63,430 bases of DNA, filler included, from Octopus bimaculoides (GCF_001194135.2; 5 parts of 5 records of this genome joined end to end with filler, not necessarily neighbours in it); one strand, 5' to 3'. Positions 27,135-40,215 are shown, counted from the first letter of the whole stretch. A program made the numbers and translations. The notes: generated from the letters alone by a model not told the origin.

Positions 27135-28370
27135 GTGGCGGGTGTGAGTGAGTGATTTAGCTGATATTTTCAGCTAACCTCGATGTGTACGTACTTGATC
27201 TGATCGGGAAAAACATTCACATCACGCAGTTGCGTCTGTATTTAATGAAAACAGTCATGTATGCATCACACTTAATGCAGACCCACTTTTGAGATTCCAA
27301 TTATTTGCAATGTTTAACCCGAAATAATATCTCTTAAGGGATTTTGTTAAAAACAATAAATATCAGAGAGGGAGAGAAGAAAATTTAACCCAGCAGCGAC
27401 CAGCGGGAGCACCAGATCCATATCCGCTTTTTTTGAGAGCCTTTTCATTAGCCCGTACTCGTTGCTAGTCACATGCTCGGACGAGAATTCTCATATAGGA
27501 AAAGGCGAATGAAACATTTACTGATGTTAAAAATAACTGCTCAATTCATTAAAAAGATCTTTTATACTGAGCTGATTCTATATTTAACTAAAATAGCTAT
27601 CTGTGTATCATACTTAATGTATACCCACTCTGCACTTACGATATAAATGGGATGTTGACTAAAAGTGAATAACTTATAGGCTTTAGTTCTATCACGGGAG
27701 GGTTAATGTGTCCCGAATAAGGACATACAATGTTTCTATCTATCTTCTTATATAATTATCAGTCAACTAGTTTCACAATTAATTAAGTAATCGATTGTTC
27801 GATAAATATTTCGGTCAATCAATCAGCCATCTTTGCGACAGAAATTTGTGATGTCATGAGCAACATACCCCCACTTCTGACCTCTCTTGAGTCTGTTCGT
27901 CTGTCTACTAGCTTATTGACTCTATATTCATGTCAAGTTTGGTGCCCAAGTAATTAGGGTACTGTACTCACAATCACCAGACCATGGGTTCCATTTCCGG
28001 TTCCAGCGGTGCGTTGCTTTCTTGAACAAAAAGCAAATTTCACGTTGCTCCAGGCCACTCTATTAGGAAAGAGTAACCCGGTGACGGAATAGCTTTCTAA
28101 TCAAATGGGAATATTGAGTCTGCTCGTCAGGCAGTCAAGAAGCTTAATTCAAAAGCTAAAACGATGCAAGGGTATTGTGACTAGCGATGTCTCTCTTCAG
28201 ATTTCCTTTCTTCACCTATTCTTCTAATAACACAAAGAAAAGGAATGATGCATTTGATTATCAATGAACTATTCTTTACACACGCATGCAAAGAATATAA
28301 ACACACACACACACGAAATAGAGAGGACTATATTAATGAACATATCAATGTACACTTACTAACACACCAG

Positions 28371-28650
28371 TAAGTGATCTGATCAATAAATATCCTGACT
28401 GTTGCCATAGTAACGAAGCTAAAGCACGAAGAGTAAAAGCGCTTGGCAGCGATTGACCTTGACCTCTGCTGTGCATACGCACTAAGTTTCAACGTTCTAG
28501 CTCACTTCCGATGTTTACAGTAATGCTTGGAAGGAAGGTGTGAAACGTGTGCGATCGTCGCATTCACCACAACAGAAAGTTGAGTAGAAAATCTGCGTCA
28601 AATTCTATCAAACGCTTGACGATATCAGCTCAGAGGCCTACGTAAAGTTT
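28371..28650 (+). mobile_element. Mariner element 5' end (TIR, 5' leader, start of transposase)
   Basis: TA-bounded start, a leader shared with the inverted copy at 29010-29244, and decayed coding sequence for the KICVKFYQTLDDISSEAYVK N-terminus. Confidence 0.7.
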
Positions 28651-29244
28651 TCAAAAAGTTTTCATCATTTCGACACATCAGGGAGATCTTGTGCAACTGA
28701 AACCCGAGTATCATTTTGGACAACTGAAAGCAGTTTTGCCTCAAACTTGATAAACACGTCTTATACCCAAATATTAAGTGATAATGGACTAAACTAAAGC
28801 GTAACTAATCTGCACATTCTCTGATAAATCACGGATGATGATTTGACGATTTTCCCTCAGATCTGCACGCCCATCTGCGATGTCTTTCTGAGGTCTGCTG
28901 GTTGCGAGTTTCCCAGAACGTTCATCATTATAAACGTTTTTTTGGCCATCTTGGAAATTATTTAACCACTCGTACACTTGTGTGCTACTCATACACTCCT
29001 CTACAAATACTTTCTGCAACATTGCGTAGGCCTCTGAGCAGGTATCGCCATAACGTTCTCTGTCATGGTCAATGCGACAATCACACGCTACACACATTCC
29101 TTCCAAGCACCTTTGTAAACAGAAAAAAAATGAGCTGGAACGTTAAAACTAATACGCATGCACAATAGAATTCAAGGTGAAAATTTGTGCGAAGCGGTTT
29201 TACTCTGCGTGCTTTAGCTTCACTACTATGGCTCTGACCTCGTA
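28650..29244 (-). mobile_element. Mariner transposase N-terminal half (pseudogene) with 5' end
   Basis: ORF 28789-29106 reads GDTCSEAYAMLQKVF...TQVYEWLNNFQDG...DERSGKLATSR...RENRQIIIRDLSENVQIS, the two mariner HTH regions. It continues with frameshifts to ENDENFLKT. There is no DD34D catalytic domain. Confidence 0.85.
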
Positions 29245-30946
29245 CATGTTAACTAAGCGAACATTCACATCGTTGTATGTATTATCAACCAGTAGGGTTA
29301 TAATTTGTTTTTCCTTTTGTAGTTTTTTTCTCTTGGTGGAGAAGAGGAAAGACTAATATGTCCCGCACAGTATGTGATTCACACCGGGCTTATCGACAAA
29401 TTTAATGTCGCTATGCATGTGTATAATGCAGGCATCACTAATATACTCATATGTACATACATGTGGCAAGTTGCTTGATTAAGGTGGTATTCGTCCGTAA
29501 CTGACGGGTAGCCATATACAAAAGCAAATGGTAATGGTATTTATCTATTTTTTCTATGCGGTGAAGTTGTAATTCTAAAATTTTACAAGGACTGATTTTC
29601 TTAACTATGTTTTCTTTGCATATTGTTTCTTGTATATACAAGTATCCGTTGTAAAGATGAGTCAAATGGATTTCCACCGGTTGACATGGATGTATTACTG
29701 AGATTATACGAAATATAAAATGAAACAACACTCATCATTTTCACATCAGCGAATTCCATTTTAAACATAGGCAAATAAAAACTTATCATGGATAATCCAA
29801 AAGGAGGCTTACATATACATTCTCAATACATTCCGGTAGATTTCGGAGAACCACTTCACCTTTCAGATGACGTGTACTGAAAACACTCGATTCATTGATA
29901 TAGCAATACATTAGATACCGGTGTTTCGACTTCGTTTTTTCTTCTCAGTGAAAAATACCATCGAATCAATGAATCTATACAAGATTGGTTTCTCTTCTTT
30001 ATTGAATTCAGCAACAAAACATTTCTTGATGCGTACTGATCTCTGTCAGATCAATTATCGTATTCCATAAATCATCGAAGATCAAACTGAATCATTCTTA
30101 ATACATTCCTACATAATACACCCTACATAGTTGCATAACTGTGCTAACCACAACACTAGATAATCGGTATGGATTTTGACTGCCCTTATATAATGTTACA
30201 TACTCACACACACACACACGCACACACATACACACACACACACACACACATACACACATCCACATGAACAGTACCCTCTGTAACTTTGTTTCATAAGAAA
30301 CAGTGGGCAGAATACGGGAACATTTTAAAATTAAAGCTACGTATACACAATATAACGGGTAACATTTAAAACGGAAAACGCTGTGGAAGGAAATGCAATA
30401 GAAAAGGGGCAAGACCACTGTTTATGTAAATCTGTTAATTTCCATTGAAGGAAACGGAATTACTGTTGGGTTATTTATTCAAATATTAAATTTAAATAAA
30501 TTAAACAGTTTGATTAAATGCTGCTTCAGTGGGTGCAGTAGCTCTTGAAAAACATTGAAATTTCTGCAGGTATACGGCTGGTGATTAAATTTTAAATTAG
30601 CTGTGTAAATTAAGTCAACGAATGCATTAAATGTGTGTAGCAGCAAAAATTCAGTTTAATGATAGAATATCAAATTTTCGGGAAGAGGAATTATAGTTTT
30701 TAATAGTATTATATGAAATTAATATCAGAAAATTATTAATAAACTCGATCAATGTATTAGATTGTTGGGGATGAAAACCGATTAGGATGATGTTCGTAGA
30801 TTTGGGATTTTATATCGTGGAATATGGGGCATTAATTTAGAGAAATACATAAATTTCATTTAATGTAGTGTGAAAGAGAGTAGAAAGATGAAATTGAATA
30901 TCAGTCTAGGGTATTTTGAAGACAAATTGAGGGTTTTGTCTCTACA

Positions 30947-30981
<35 letters not shown>

Positions 30982-31653
30982 GTATCTCATTCTGCCTATC
31001 AAATTTTGAAAGATATGAACGATCGTGGTAATCATCTCTGTAGTGAACCAGTGTTTATTTGGCTAGCAGGCGACTCGGTAGGAATACCGATAAATATTCT
31101 CATTATATTTTCGAGTCAGTAGAGCAAGCAGAGTAATATTATGTTGTTAAATCATTTAAAAATTAGATACCCTGCCACTCCAATTTCAGTAACAAATCTT
31201 CCTTTCCTTAGGAATCCCATTTTTGTGTATGCTGGCCTTGCACAATGGGACAGATTCGACACACACACAGGCGCGCGTGAACACACACACATACGTGTAT
31301 ACACACATACAAACAAATATATACAAACATATTTATATATATATAATATTATTGTTGTTTCTTATGAAAAATATAGAACATTTTAAGAACTGCATAAGTG
31401 CAGGGGTCGAACCCAAGACAAAAGAAAAGAATTAACATGTAAACTCAAATTAGGCAATTATATTTATTGATGTAAAAACATAATATCAGTCCTCTTTTAC
31501 TCACACTTCCTTCCATACGTACTCCACATGGGTTTATTAACATGCATTTTTATGTATCTATTTATATTTTATAACTATTCTTTAAATTATTCATGTGTCG
31601 ATATGCATTAATATTTGTATACGCATTTTAAGCCGAATTTATAACGTATTTAT

Positions 31654-31776
31654 ATTTGACGGATATTTGTCCTCATCTTGTTTAATACAACGTTTCAGCT
31701 GGTATGCCCACCAGCCTCCATCAGGTGTCTTGGGGAAATTTCGAAACTGGGTTCTCATTCCTAAGGCATTTTTCGA
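31654..31776 (-). mobile_element. Penelope-like short repeat with degenerate hammerhead motif
   Basis: About 120 bp shared with 45620-45749. The minus strand has GACAC-CUGAUGG-A-stem II-GAAAC-GUU. Confidence 0.5.
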
Positions 31777-31779
31777 TTT

Positions 31780-31919
31780 TCTTCTTCTTCTTCTTCTTCT
31801 TCTTCTTCTTCTTCTTCTTCTTCTTCTTCTTCTCCTCCCTTTTCTCCTCCCTCTTCTCCTCCTCCTCCTCCCTCTTCTTCTTCTTCTTCTTCCTTACCTC
31901 CTCCCCTCCTCCCTCTTCT
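31780..31919. repeat. (CTT)n/(CCT)n microsatellite running into an N gap
   Basis: Direct reading. Confidence 0.95.
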
Positions 31920-34241
31920 NNNNNNNNNNNNNNNNNNNNNNNNNNNNNNNNNNNNNNNNNNNNNNNNNNNNNNNNNNNNNNNNNNNNNNNNNNNNNNNNN
32001 NNNNNNNNNNNNNNNNNNNNNNNNNNNNNNNNNNNNNNNNNNNNNNNNNNNNNNNNNNNNNNNNNNNNNNNNNNNNNNNNNNNNNNNNNNNNNNNNNNNN
32101 NNNNNNNNNNNNNNNNNNNNNNNNNNNNNNNNNNNNNNNNNNNNNNNNNNNNNNNNNNNNNNNNNNNNNNNNNNNNNNNNNNNNNNNNNNNNNNNNNNNN
32201 NNNNNNNNNNNNNNNNNNNNNNNNNNNNNNNNNNNNNNNNNNNNNNNNNNNNNNNNNNNNNNNNNNNNNNNNNNNNNNNNNNNNNNNNNNNNNNNNNNNN
32301 NNNNNNNNNNNNNNNNNNNNNNNNNNNNNNNNNNNNNNNNNNNNNNNNNNNNNNNNNNNNNNNNNNNNNNNNNNNNNNNNNNNNNNNNNNNNNNNNNNNN
32401 NNNNNNNNNNNNNNNNNNNNNNNNNNNNNNNNNNNNNNNNNNNNNNNNNNNNNNNNNNNNNNNNTCTTCTTCTTCTTCAGGACGTCGAGTGTAACTGTTG
32501 ATTTCATCAACTGAAAAATCTGCTCCTGAATTGAATTTCCAAGCGGCTGAGCACTTCCCAGACACGCGTAACCATAATGTCGACTCAGAGAAATGTAGCG
32601 TGACAAAACGTGTAACAATACTGGCCCTTTGAATTGCTGCAACAAATCATTTTTGTCTGCTGAGCAAAGAAATGTTTAGTCAATGCCCTCATCAGAGGAA
32701 ATTCGTGTTTCAAACACTGAAATCTCCATTTGCGGACAGGAAAACACTAAAAGTTTCCGAACACATCATAGTCAACACAGATGGTACCCATATAGTAGCA
32801 TTATGCTGCTTAGTCAAACAAGGAGATTTCGTACCCGAATATTTATGTTTGCTAAATTAACTGAGCATGACGATTTCTTCCCTCCGGATTTAGAGAGGTT
32901 ATGCGACTCCATCTATTTGAGTCTGAGTAGTCACCTATACAGCTAGGCGCTTCATAGGTACAAAACCAACAGCTATTCTCTGCCCGGCTTTAAAAAACAC
33001 CTTCCTATATATATATATATATATGCGAGAGACTTACCCGAAAATAACTCGTTAGACTTCAACTGTTGCCGAACGACCTGCGCATATATAATAAAATGCA
33101 ATATATATATATATATATATATACATACATACATAAGCACACGCGCGTGCACACATATGTATATATTACATAAACTCCTTATTAGATTTTGTTCCATACG
33201 TTGATATCTAATCTTTAGTAACGCTCAATCGTTCGCTCGAATATCAGAGTATTCTGCGAAGACGCTAAATTGTAATATTGTAGCATTTAAACGTTCATAA
33301 TTTAATAGTTTTGTGCCTGTCATGCAAATTATTCTATATTACTTGGAACAGAATGGTAATCAAATTAAATACAAGCGAACCAGCTTCCATTGTTCAAGGA
33401 TGGCTATTTTGTACAGAGCTTTGAAGCAATATATATTTTATTTCAGAAATATCTTAGAATCTATTTGAAATATTGACTTCGGTTGACTCTTCATTAATGG
33501 GTTGTAAATTCGCATAAGAGGCTGTTATATCACACAGATACAAACGCACACACACACACACNNNNNNNNNNNNNNNNNNNNNNNNNNNNNNNNNNNNNNN
33601 NNNNNNNNNNNNNNNNNNNNNNNNNNNNNNNNNNNNNNNNNNNNNNNNNNNNNNNNNNNNNNNNNNNNNNNNNNNNNNNNNNNNNNNNNNNNNNNNNNNN
33701 NNNNNNNNNNNNNNNNNNNNNNNNNNNNNNNNNNNNNNNNNNNNNNNNNNNNNNNNNNNNNNNNNNNNNNNNNNNNNNNNNNNNNNNNNNNNNNNNNNNN
33801 NNNNNNNNNNNNNNNNNNNNNNNNNNNNNNNNNNNNNNNNNNNNNNNNNNNNNNNNNNNNNNNNNNNNNNNNNNNNNNNNNNNNNNNNNNNNNNNNNNNN
33901 NNNNNNNNNNNNNNNNNNNNNNNNNNNNNNNNNNNNNNNNNNNNNNNNNNNNNNNNNNNNNNNNNNNNNNNNNNNNNNNNNNNNNNNNNNNNNNNNNNNN
34001 NNNNNNNNNNNNNNNNNNNNNNNNNNNNNNNNNNNNNNNNNNNNNNNNNNNNNNNNNNNNNNNNNNNNNNNNNNNNNNNNNNNNNNNNNNNNNNNNNNNN
34101 NNNNNNNNNNNNNNNNNNNNNNNNNNNNNNNNNNNNNNNNNNNNNNNNNNNNNNNNNNNNNNNNNNNNNNNNNNNNNNNNNNNNNNNNNNNNNNNNNNNN
34201 NNNNNNNNNNNNNNNNNNNNNNNNNNNNNNNNNNNNNNNNN

Positions 34242-34329
<88 letters not shown>

Positions 34330-35302
34330 TTCTCTCTCCCTCTCTCTCTTTTCATATACATATCATGCGATATACATAGTCAACAAAAGACCTAGTAATC
34401 GTTTCATGCTTTAGAGATACCAAAACTTTGCAGATTTATATAACATGCTATCTACCTCCAATCAATCGTTCAGTTTCAGTGCATATCTTTAAATGTAGGA
34501 TGTTGGTTTACAGAAAATACGAGAAGTGAAAAACGTGAAGACGTTTTGAGTGGAGTTTCATATAACAAACTACTCCAAATCATTGATAGAATAGTTGCAT
34601 TTGAAGTCAAATCGGGTTGGTTCTTTTTACTAGCATCGAGTCGTGTGGTTTGTAATAATGAAGTCAAACCAAACAGTGATATTTTGAAATGATTCCATAC
34701 TTACGTTTCAGGATTGTGTTATATTTAATAGGAAACAGATCCTTTACCTAAAATCTCGTCAATTAAAACATTTCAAAACCACCTTGAAATCTTTTAACTG
34801 AGGAAGTCGTAGGTTATGGAATCAGAGCAACTCGAAGTACTTATATACATACACACTCATATATATATTATTAATTAATAGTAAGAGATGAATTTGGTAT
34901 CAGGCTTTTATTAGGTAGGTCCTATGTTTCGACCCATCAGTCCGAGTTTCTTCAGGTACATCGGTAGAGAAGTCCCACAAGAGATTTTTTGGGTCGGCTT
35001 GCATCTTATTCTATGACCATCCGGTTCGAGAATGAATAAAAGCAGAAAAATATTCAAATATGCACGTGTAAAACATTCGTACCAGATTTAGATATAATGA
35101 CGTAATCAGCTTTCGCTGCCGTAACTTCTTCGAGGAAAAAAGTAATGTAGAAATCAAAGGAATATTAATACTTTGACCAGCATTATCGTGTTCGTGCATA
35201 TACACACACGTGCATATACATATATATATATACATACATACATACATGCATACACATGTACACTTGCATATATACATACATATATATATATACGCACACA
35301 TG

Positions 35303-35382
<80 letters not shown>

Positions 35383-36009
35383 AAAGTAAAATCAGGAAAA
35401 ACTATATTATAAAAATTACAGTAGAGGTACGTACATAATATAATTAATATTGTATTAATAAATAAATATATAAAGTATGATTATTTAAAAAGATTTCCGA
35501 GATCTTACGATCGTTTCATGAATATTATACTACACTTCCAGATGAAATCCAAAGTCGATAATCATCTCCTACTATCAATTAATGCTATTACCCTAACTCC
35601 CCCGTACTTATATATTATACTTTTTCAAATCCACCGCGCAAGCGCAGTTTTTTGGTTGGCAGCGCACCCTGGATTGCCTCGTATTTATATGTTTAATCTA
35701 GGCGTACTTGTTGAAGACTTCGTCTAGTAAATTATTTCATTTGCTAAAATAAGTCTGAAACCATGGTCCAGGAGCTAGATACTAAAAGTTTTTATTTTTC
35801 ATTCTCTTCGAAATATGTCTTTAATAGTGATCTGGATTTTGACTATTCCTTCTAGCGTGCCAGGTATCCCATGGTGGATACCTCTTAATTGTTTAAATGT
35901 ACACTGTATTTATATGAATAATATATATAGTCTATTGACTAATTTTTCAACACGCTATGCCACTGGTAGTAAACATTTCTAAAACTTTTGTTACCATTAT
36001 ATTATTAAT

Positions 36010-36045
<36 letters not shown>

Positions 36046-36193
36046 CATACATNNNNNNNNNNNNNNNNNNNNNNNNNNNNNNNNNNNNNNNNNNNNNNNN
36101 NNNNNNNNNNNNNNNNNNNNNNNNNNNNNNNNNNNNNNNNNNNNNNNNNNNNNNNNNNNNNNNNNNNNNNNNNNNNNNNNNNNNNNNNNNNNN

Positions 36194-36264
<71 letters not shown>

Positions 36265-39162
36265 CACATAGACACACAAACACACACACTCACACACACA
36301 CATCTGTTTATATTTACATGCCTACGTTTTTTACAGGCCTACCTACGCATTCTCAATATGTAGAAACGATAAATTATTTATGACCGGTTTCATGACATTC
36401 CGGAATGCAAGGTAATTACAATCTAACACATATTGATGATTACATGTTACAGAGATAAAACAGCATCAAATCTTTAATTATATCTTAGCAGAAGAATAAA
36501 TTTAGTTCGGACCTTGATCAACTTAACTGAAATAATTTTACAAATTATGATGTGCCCAAGGATAATTCGTCTGACTCGCTATACGCTGTATGCAAGGAGT
36601 CTATTATGCTTAAATTATTTACTAACCACTATATGAATACGTCTATAGTTGTAACTTTTTGGTAAGCGATATGCGATAGCATACATTTCTTTGTATTAAT
36701 ATCTGTAAGTTTAGCTGAGCTAATAATATGCAGCACCGATATAGTCTGCATAGTACTAACTTATCAATATATTATTAGTGATATATGAAGGAAAAGACGA
36801 GGCGGTGAGCTGGTAGAACCGTTAACCATTCTGACGAAATGCTTAGCGGTGTTTTTTCTAGATTTTCCGACGAGGTCAAATTTCACTGTAATCCATTCGG
36901 GATCGCTAGATTTGAGAAACACATAAGTACGGACATCAATGTAATCGATTTGTCTCCTCCCCTGAAAACGGCTGAGATTGGAGCCGGCAACTGACCGGCA
37001 CCCTGTTCAGTGGGAATGCTGTGATCTCGTTCGCTTTTATGCCATGCAAATCGGAGAAAAGGACATATGACATATGACTCCTAGAAAACTCTAGACCAAT
37101 AAATTTTGCCTCCGATCAAAACCGAACAAATACAACAAAATGATCCTTTAAGAGAATGAAGCAACTGGAACGGCTGATGACCTTCCCCACAGGGAATCCA
37201 ACCAGACAGAACGAGAAACTTGACCATCAGGAAAACGAGACGTCACCAGTACATTGACGAAACTAAATTCAGATCCATTCGAGGAAAAAAATTATAAACG
37301 TGTCCGTCTTTTTTGTCTTCACCTCTTCGACATCTGCAAATTCCGTAGCACAAGCATGGGGGAGGGGGTCAATAAAGTACCTGCTTAGAACTGTGGATTG
37401 GCTGAATGCTAAATGTTTACTCATTTTGTTGTCGGTTCAATCACCACCTACTGTAAACACGAAAACTGGCCCTTCTTTTATTGAGTAAAACCTCTGATGA
37501 ACTTAGTTGTTCAGTAAATAGTGAGGTATTTCAGCAAATGATCACTATCAATGTTTGCACATTTTCTGGCAGAAGAATATACATGGAAACTTTTAAGTTC
37601 TGCCCACTTTGTAATGTTTCCTTTTTTTTTTCTGTTCAGAGTAAAAAGAAAATGAATAACTAAATAAGAAAAAATACGTAATAAAAATAATACGTGCACC
37701 ATTTTGAATTCACCGCACATTGCGTCATGAAATTTATAAATTGCAATGAATAAATGTTAGATAATTGCTCCCTGGAAGTAGGAAAGTATTTAAAATTTTT
37801 AATTTTAAAGGAAAACAAATATAACTATAAAACAGATAAAAAAAAGCTGACCAAAAGGGTTATTATTGTAGCAAAGGAATGAAGGCCTTTTTTGCCAGAA
37901 ACTATTCACCTAAGAAATGAGACTGCGCTTAGTCAACTGCAGATCATGCAGATATTGTAAAGAAAAAAAAAATCATTGCCTATGGAAGCTCGGGCTTAAC
38001 ATTAACAAACTTGACAAAATTGTAAATTCTATACACTGGAAAATATGGCAGAGTTGCGAAATTGAGTTAGGAAAGAAGTCATATAAAAGTACATAAGGCG
38101 GTGTTTCCGTATATGTCATAGTGACCATGAAATAGGATACACCACACCGCATGGAGTATCAAGATTATTCGTAATTGGATACAGAAGCAATTTTGATAAT
38201 ATCAGTTGCCTTGGGAATTTTAAAAAATAATACAGGCGAATACAAAACGAAGCTATATATGTGCACAATTTATACAAAAATATAGCTAACGGTTGTGCGC
38301 TGTAAAAATGTACGAAATAGTAATACCCTGCATCTGCACAAGACTTACGGTGTTGATCACAACTGCAAACGTGGTAACATATGACTGAAAACAGGAACAG
38401 CTACATAGATAGAGAGAGAAAGAAAGGGAGAGAGAGAGAGAGAGAGATCAACAGAGACAGACAGACAGACAGATAGATAGATGGATGGATAGATAGATAG
38501 ATAGACTGACAGGTTGATAGATACAGTTATAGGTTACTACTCCACTCTAAACGCTTTGCAACGTTTGTTCTTGAAAGTAGTGGATTTCCGATTGCAGCCC
38601 TCCACAGTTCTAAGCAGATACTTTATTGACCCACCCCAACTAAGAATGAATTGCAAATAAGCCCCAGATAAGATTAGAACTCAGATCGACAGAATAAACA
38701 ACTTGATGCATTCTATCCTATTGAAACAGTTCAATATATATCATTCTCTTGTGTTCATGTTATAATTAACATTCCAGTTAATATAAAGAATGATTAGTCC
38801 CCTGTTGGCAATAATGAAATAAATATGAAAAAATATTAATTATTTTTGTAAATGTTAGCGCATTTTTATATTACCCTTTGTATATTATTAAAGCAGCGAA
38901 CGTTTAGAATATTTACCACACCAAACAAAATGCAGAAGGGTATCTCTACCGAATCTTTTCGTTCTGAGTTCAATTTTCGCCGAGGTCATCTTTCCCTCGC
39001 GGTTCGATTATAAGGCGCCAGTCAAGCGACTTGTCCCTTCCCTTCAAAAAGTGCTGATATTCAAGGGAAATGGTATCTTAATCACGTATACGCCATAGAA
39101 ACCGGGAAGCCAACCTTTTGTGTCCTGTAGTTAAACGCAATGTTCATTATGTTCGTGTATGT

Positions 39163-39382
39163 AAGGCGCCTAACCGTCAGATTCGTTAGCACGCCAGGCG
39201 AAATGTTTAGTGGTATTTCGTCTGCCGCTACGTTCTGAGTTCAAATTCTGCCGATGTCGAATTTGCCTTTCATCATTTCGGGGTCGATAAATCAAGTACC
39301 AGTTACGCTCTGGGATCGATATAATCGACAACCCCCCCTTCCCACAAATTCCAGGACGTGTGCCCATAGTGAAAAGGATTAT
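39163..39382 (+). mobile_element. Near full-length SINE (family of 1802-1890)
   Basis: Contains GAGTTCAAATTCTGCCG...GCCTTTCATC.TTTCGGGGTCGATAAA...GTACCAGT; inverse of 18750-18948. Confidence 0.7.
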
Positions 39383-39511
39383 GCGTGTGTATGCATGCGT
39401 GTGTGTATGTGTATTTTATGTTAATACATTACGTCAGTACGAGTCCGTTCTTTTGTAAATTTGTCATCATTTGTAAGTTCTACAGTCTGTTCACTGTATA
39501 AATCTTTAAGC

Positions 39512-40035
39512 CAATAATTCCCAACCTAGGGTACGCGGAACTCTGATCGTCCGCATAGGTAGTCCTGGAGGTCCTGAACTAAATTCAAAATTTCATATAT
39601 ATACATATATATAGACTATGAATATTATAAGAATAAAAAATTCAGATAAATATTCTACCGGTGGCGAGCATGCGTAATTAAGTCATCAGAAACATATGTT
39701 TCATATAAATTAGTGTATGTTTTTATACACAAAAGTGGATGGCAAATTATTTTATTTGCACATTGATGTTGAATCTCTAGTATAAGGGTAACTAGTGAAA
39801 TGTTTTTATTTTTCATTCCCTTTGAAATTGATCTTATTCGTGGGTTGGCCTTTAAAAACCGGACTAAGCACATAAATATGCAACAAGGTGGAAAAAAGAG
39901 TACTCAAATACCAGAGGTGGAGTAATATGCTTTACTTAAAAGCAGCAGAAATAAAAAAAAATGCTGTTACTCAGAGTTTCACGTTCCCGTTCATCGGACA
40001 GTTTTCTAACAAAACTGTCCGATGATCGGGAACGT

Positions 40036-40120
<85 letters not shown>

Positions 40121-40215
40121 TAAGCATATTAAAAGTGGTCCGTGGGAAAACTCATTTTAATGAAAGATTTGGGAACCATTGATAGGAACCACTGTGTAAA
40201 TGTTACGAACCACTG
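39512..40215. mobile_element. hAT-type non-autonomous element (MITE) with nested insertions
   Basis: The left end CAATAATTCCCAACC and right ends TTGGGAACCATTG / GGAACCACTG / GAACCACTG resemble the CAGTGGTTCCCAA TIR type. The 8-bp flanks CTTTAAGC and CCTTAAGT match at 6/8. Confidence 0.5.
39964..40001 (-). ncRNA. Candidate minimal type I hammerhead ribozyme (U4-to-C core variant)
   Basis: Minus strand: CUGU-CCGAUGA-ACG(GGAA)CGU-GAAA-CUC(U)GAG-UA-ACAG. Stem I 4 bp, stem II 3 bp with a GNRA loop, stem III near-palindromic, GUA triplet. Confidence 0.5.

Noticed and set aside
29643-29718. Possible terminal exon IRCKDESNGFPPVDMDVLLRLYEI* with downstream AATAAA
   Set aside because: No compatible upstream exon was found and the peptide is unrecognised; AATAAA is common in this AT-rich DNA.
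34514-34692. About 59-codon + strand open frame (ENTRSEKREDVLSG...)
   Set aside because: Weak acceptor, no donor, no recognisable domain; within chance expectation.
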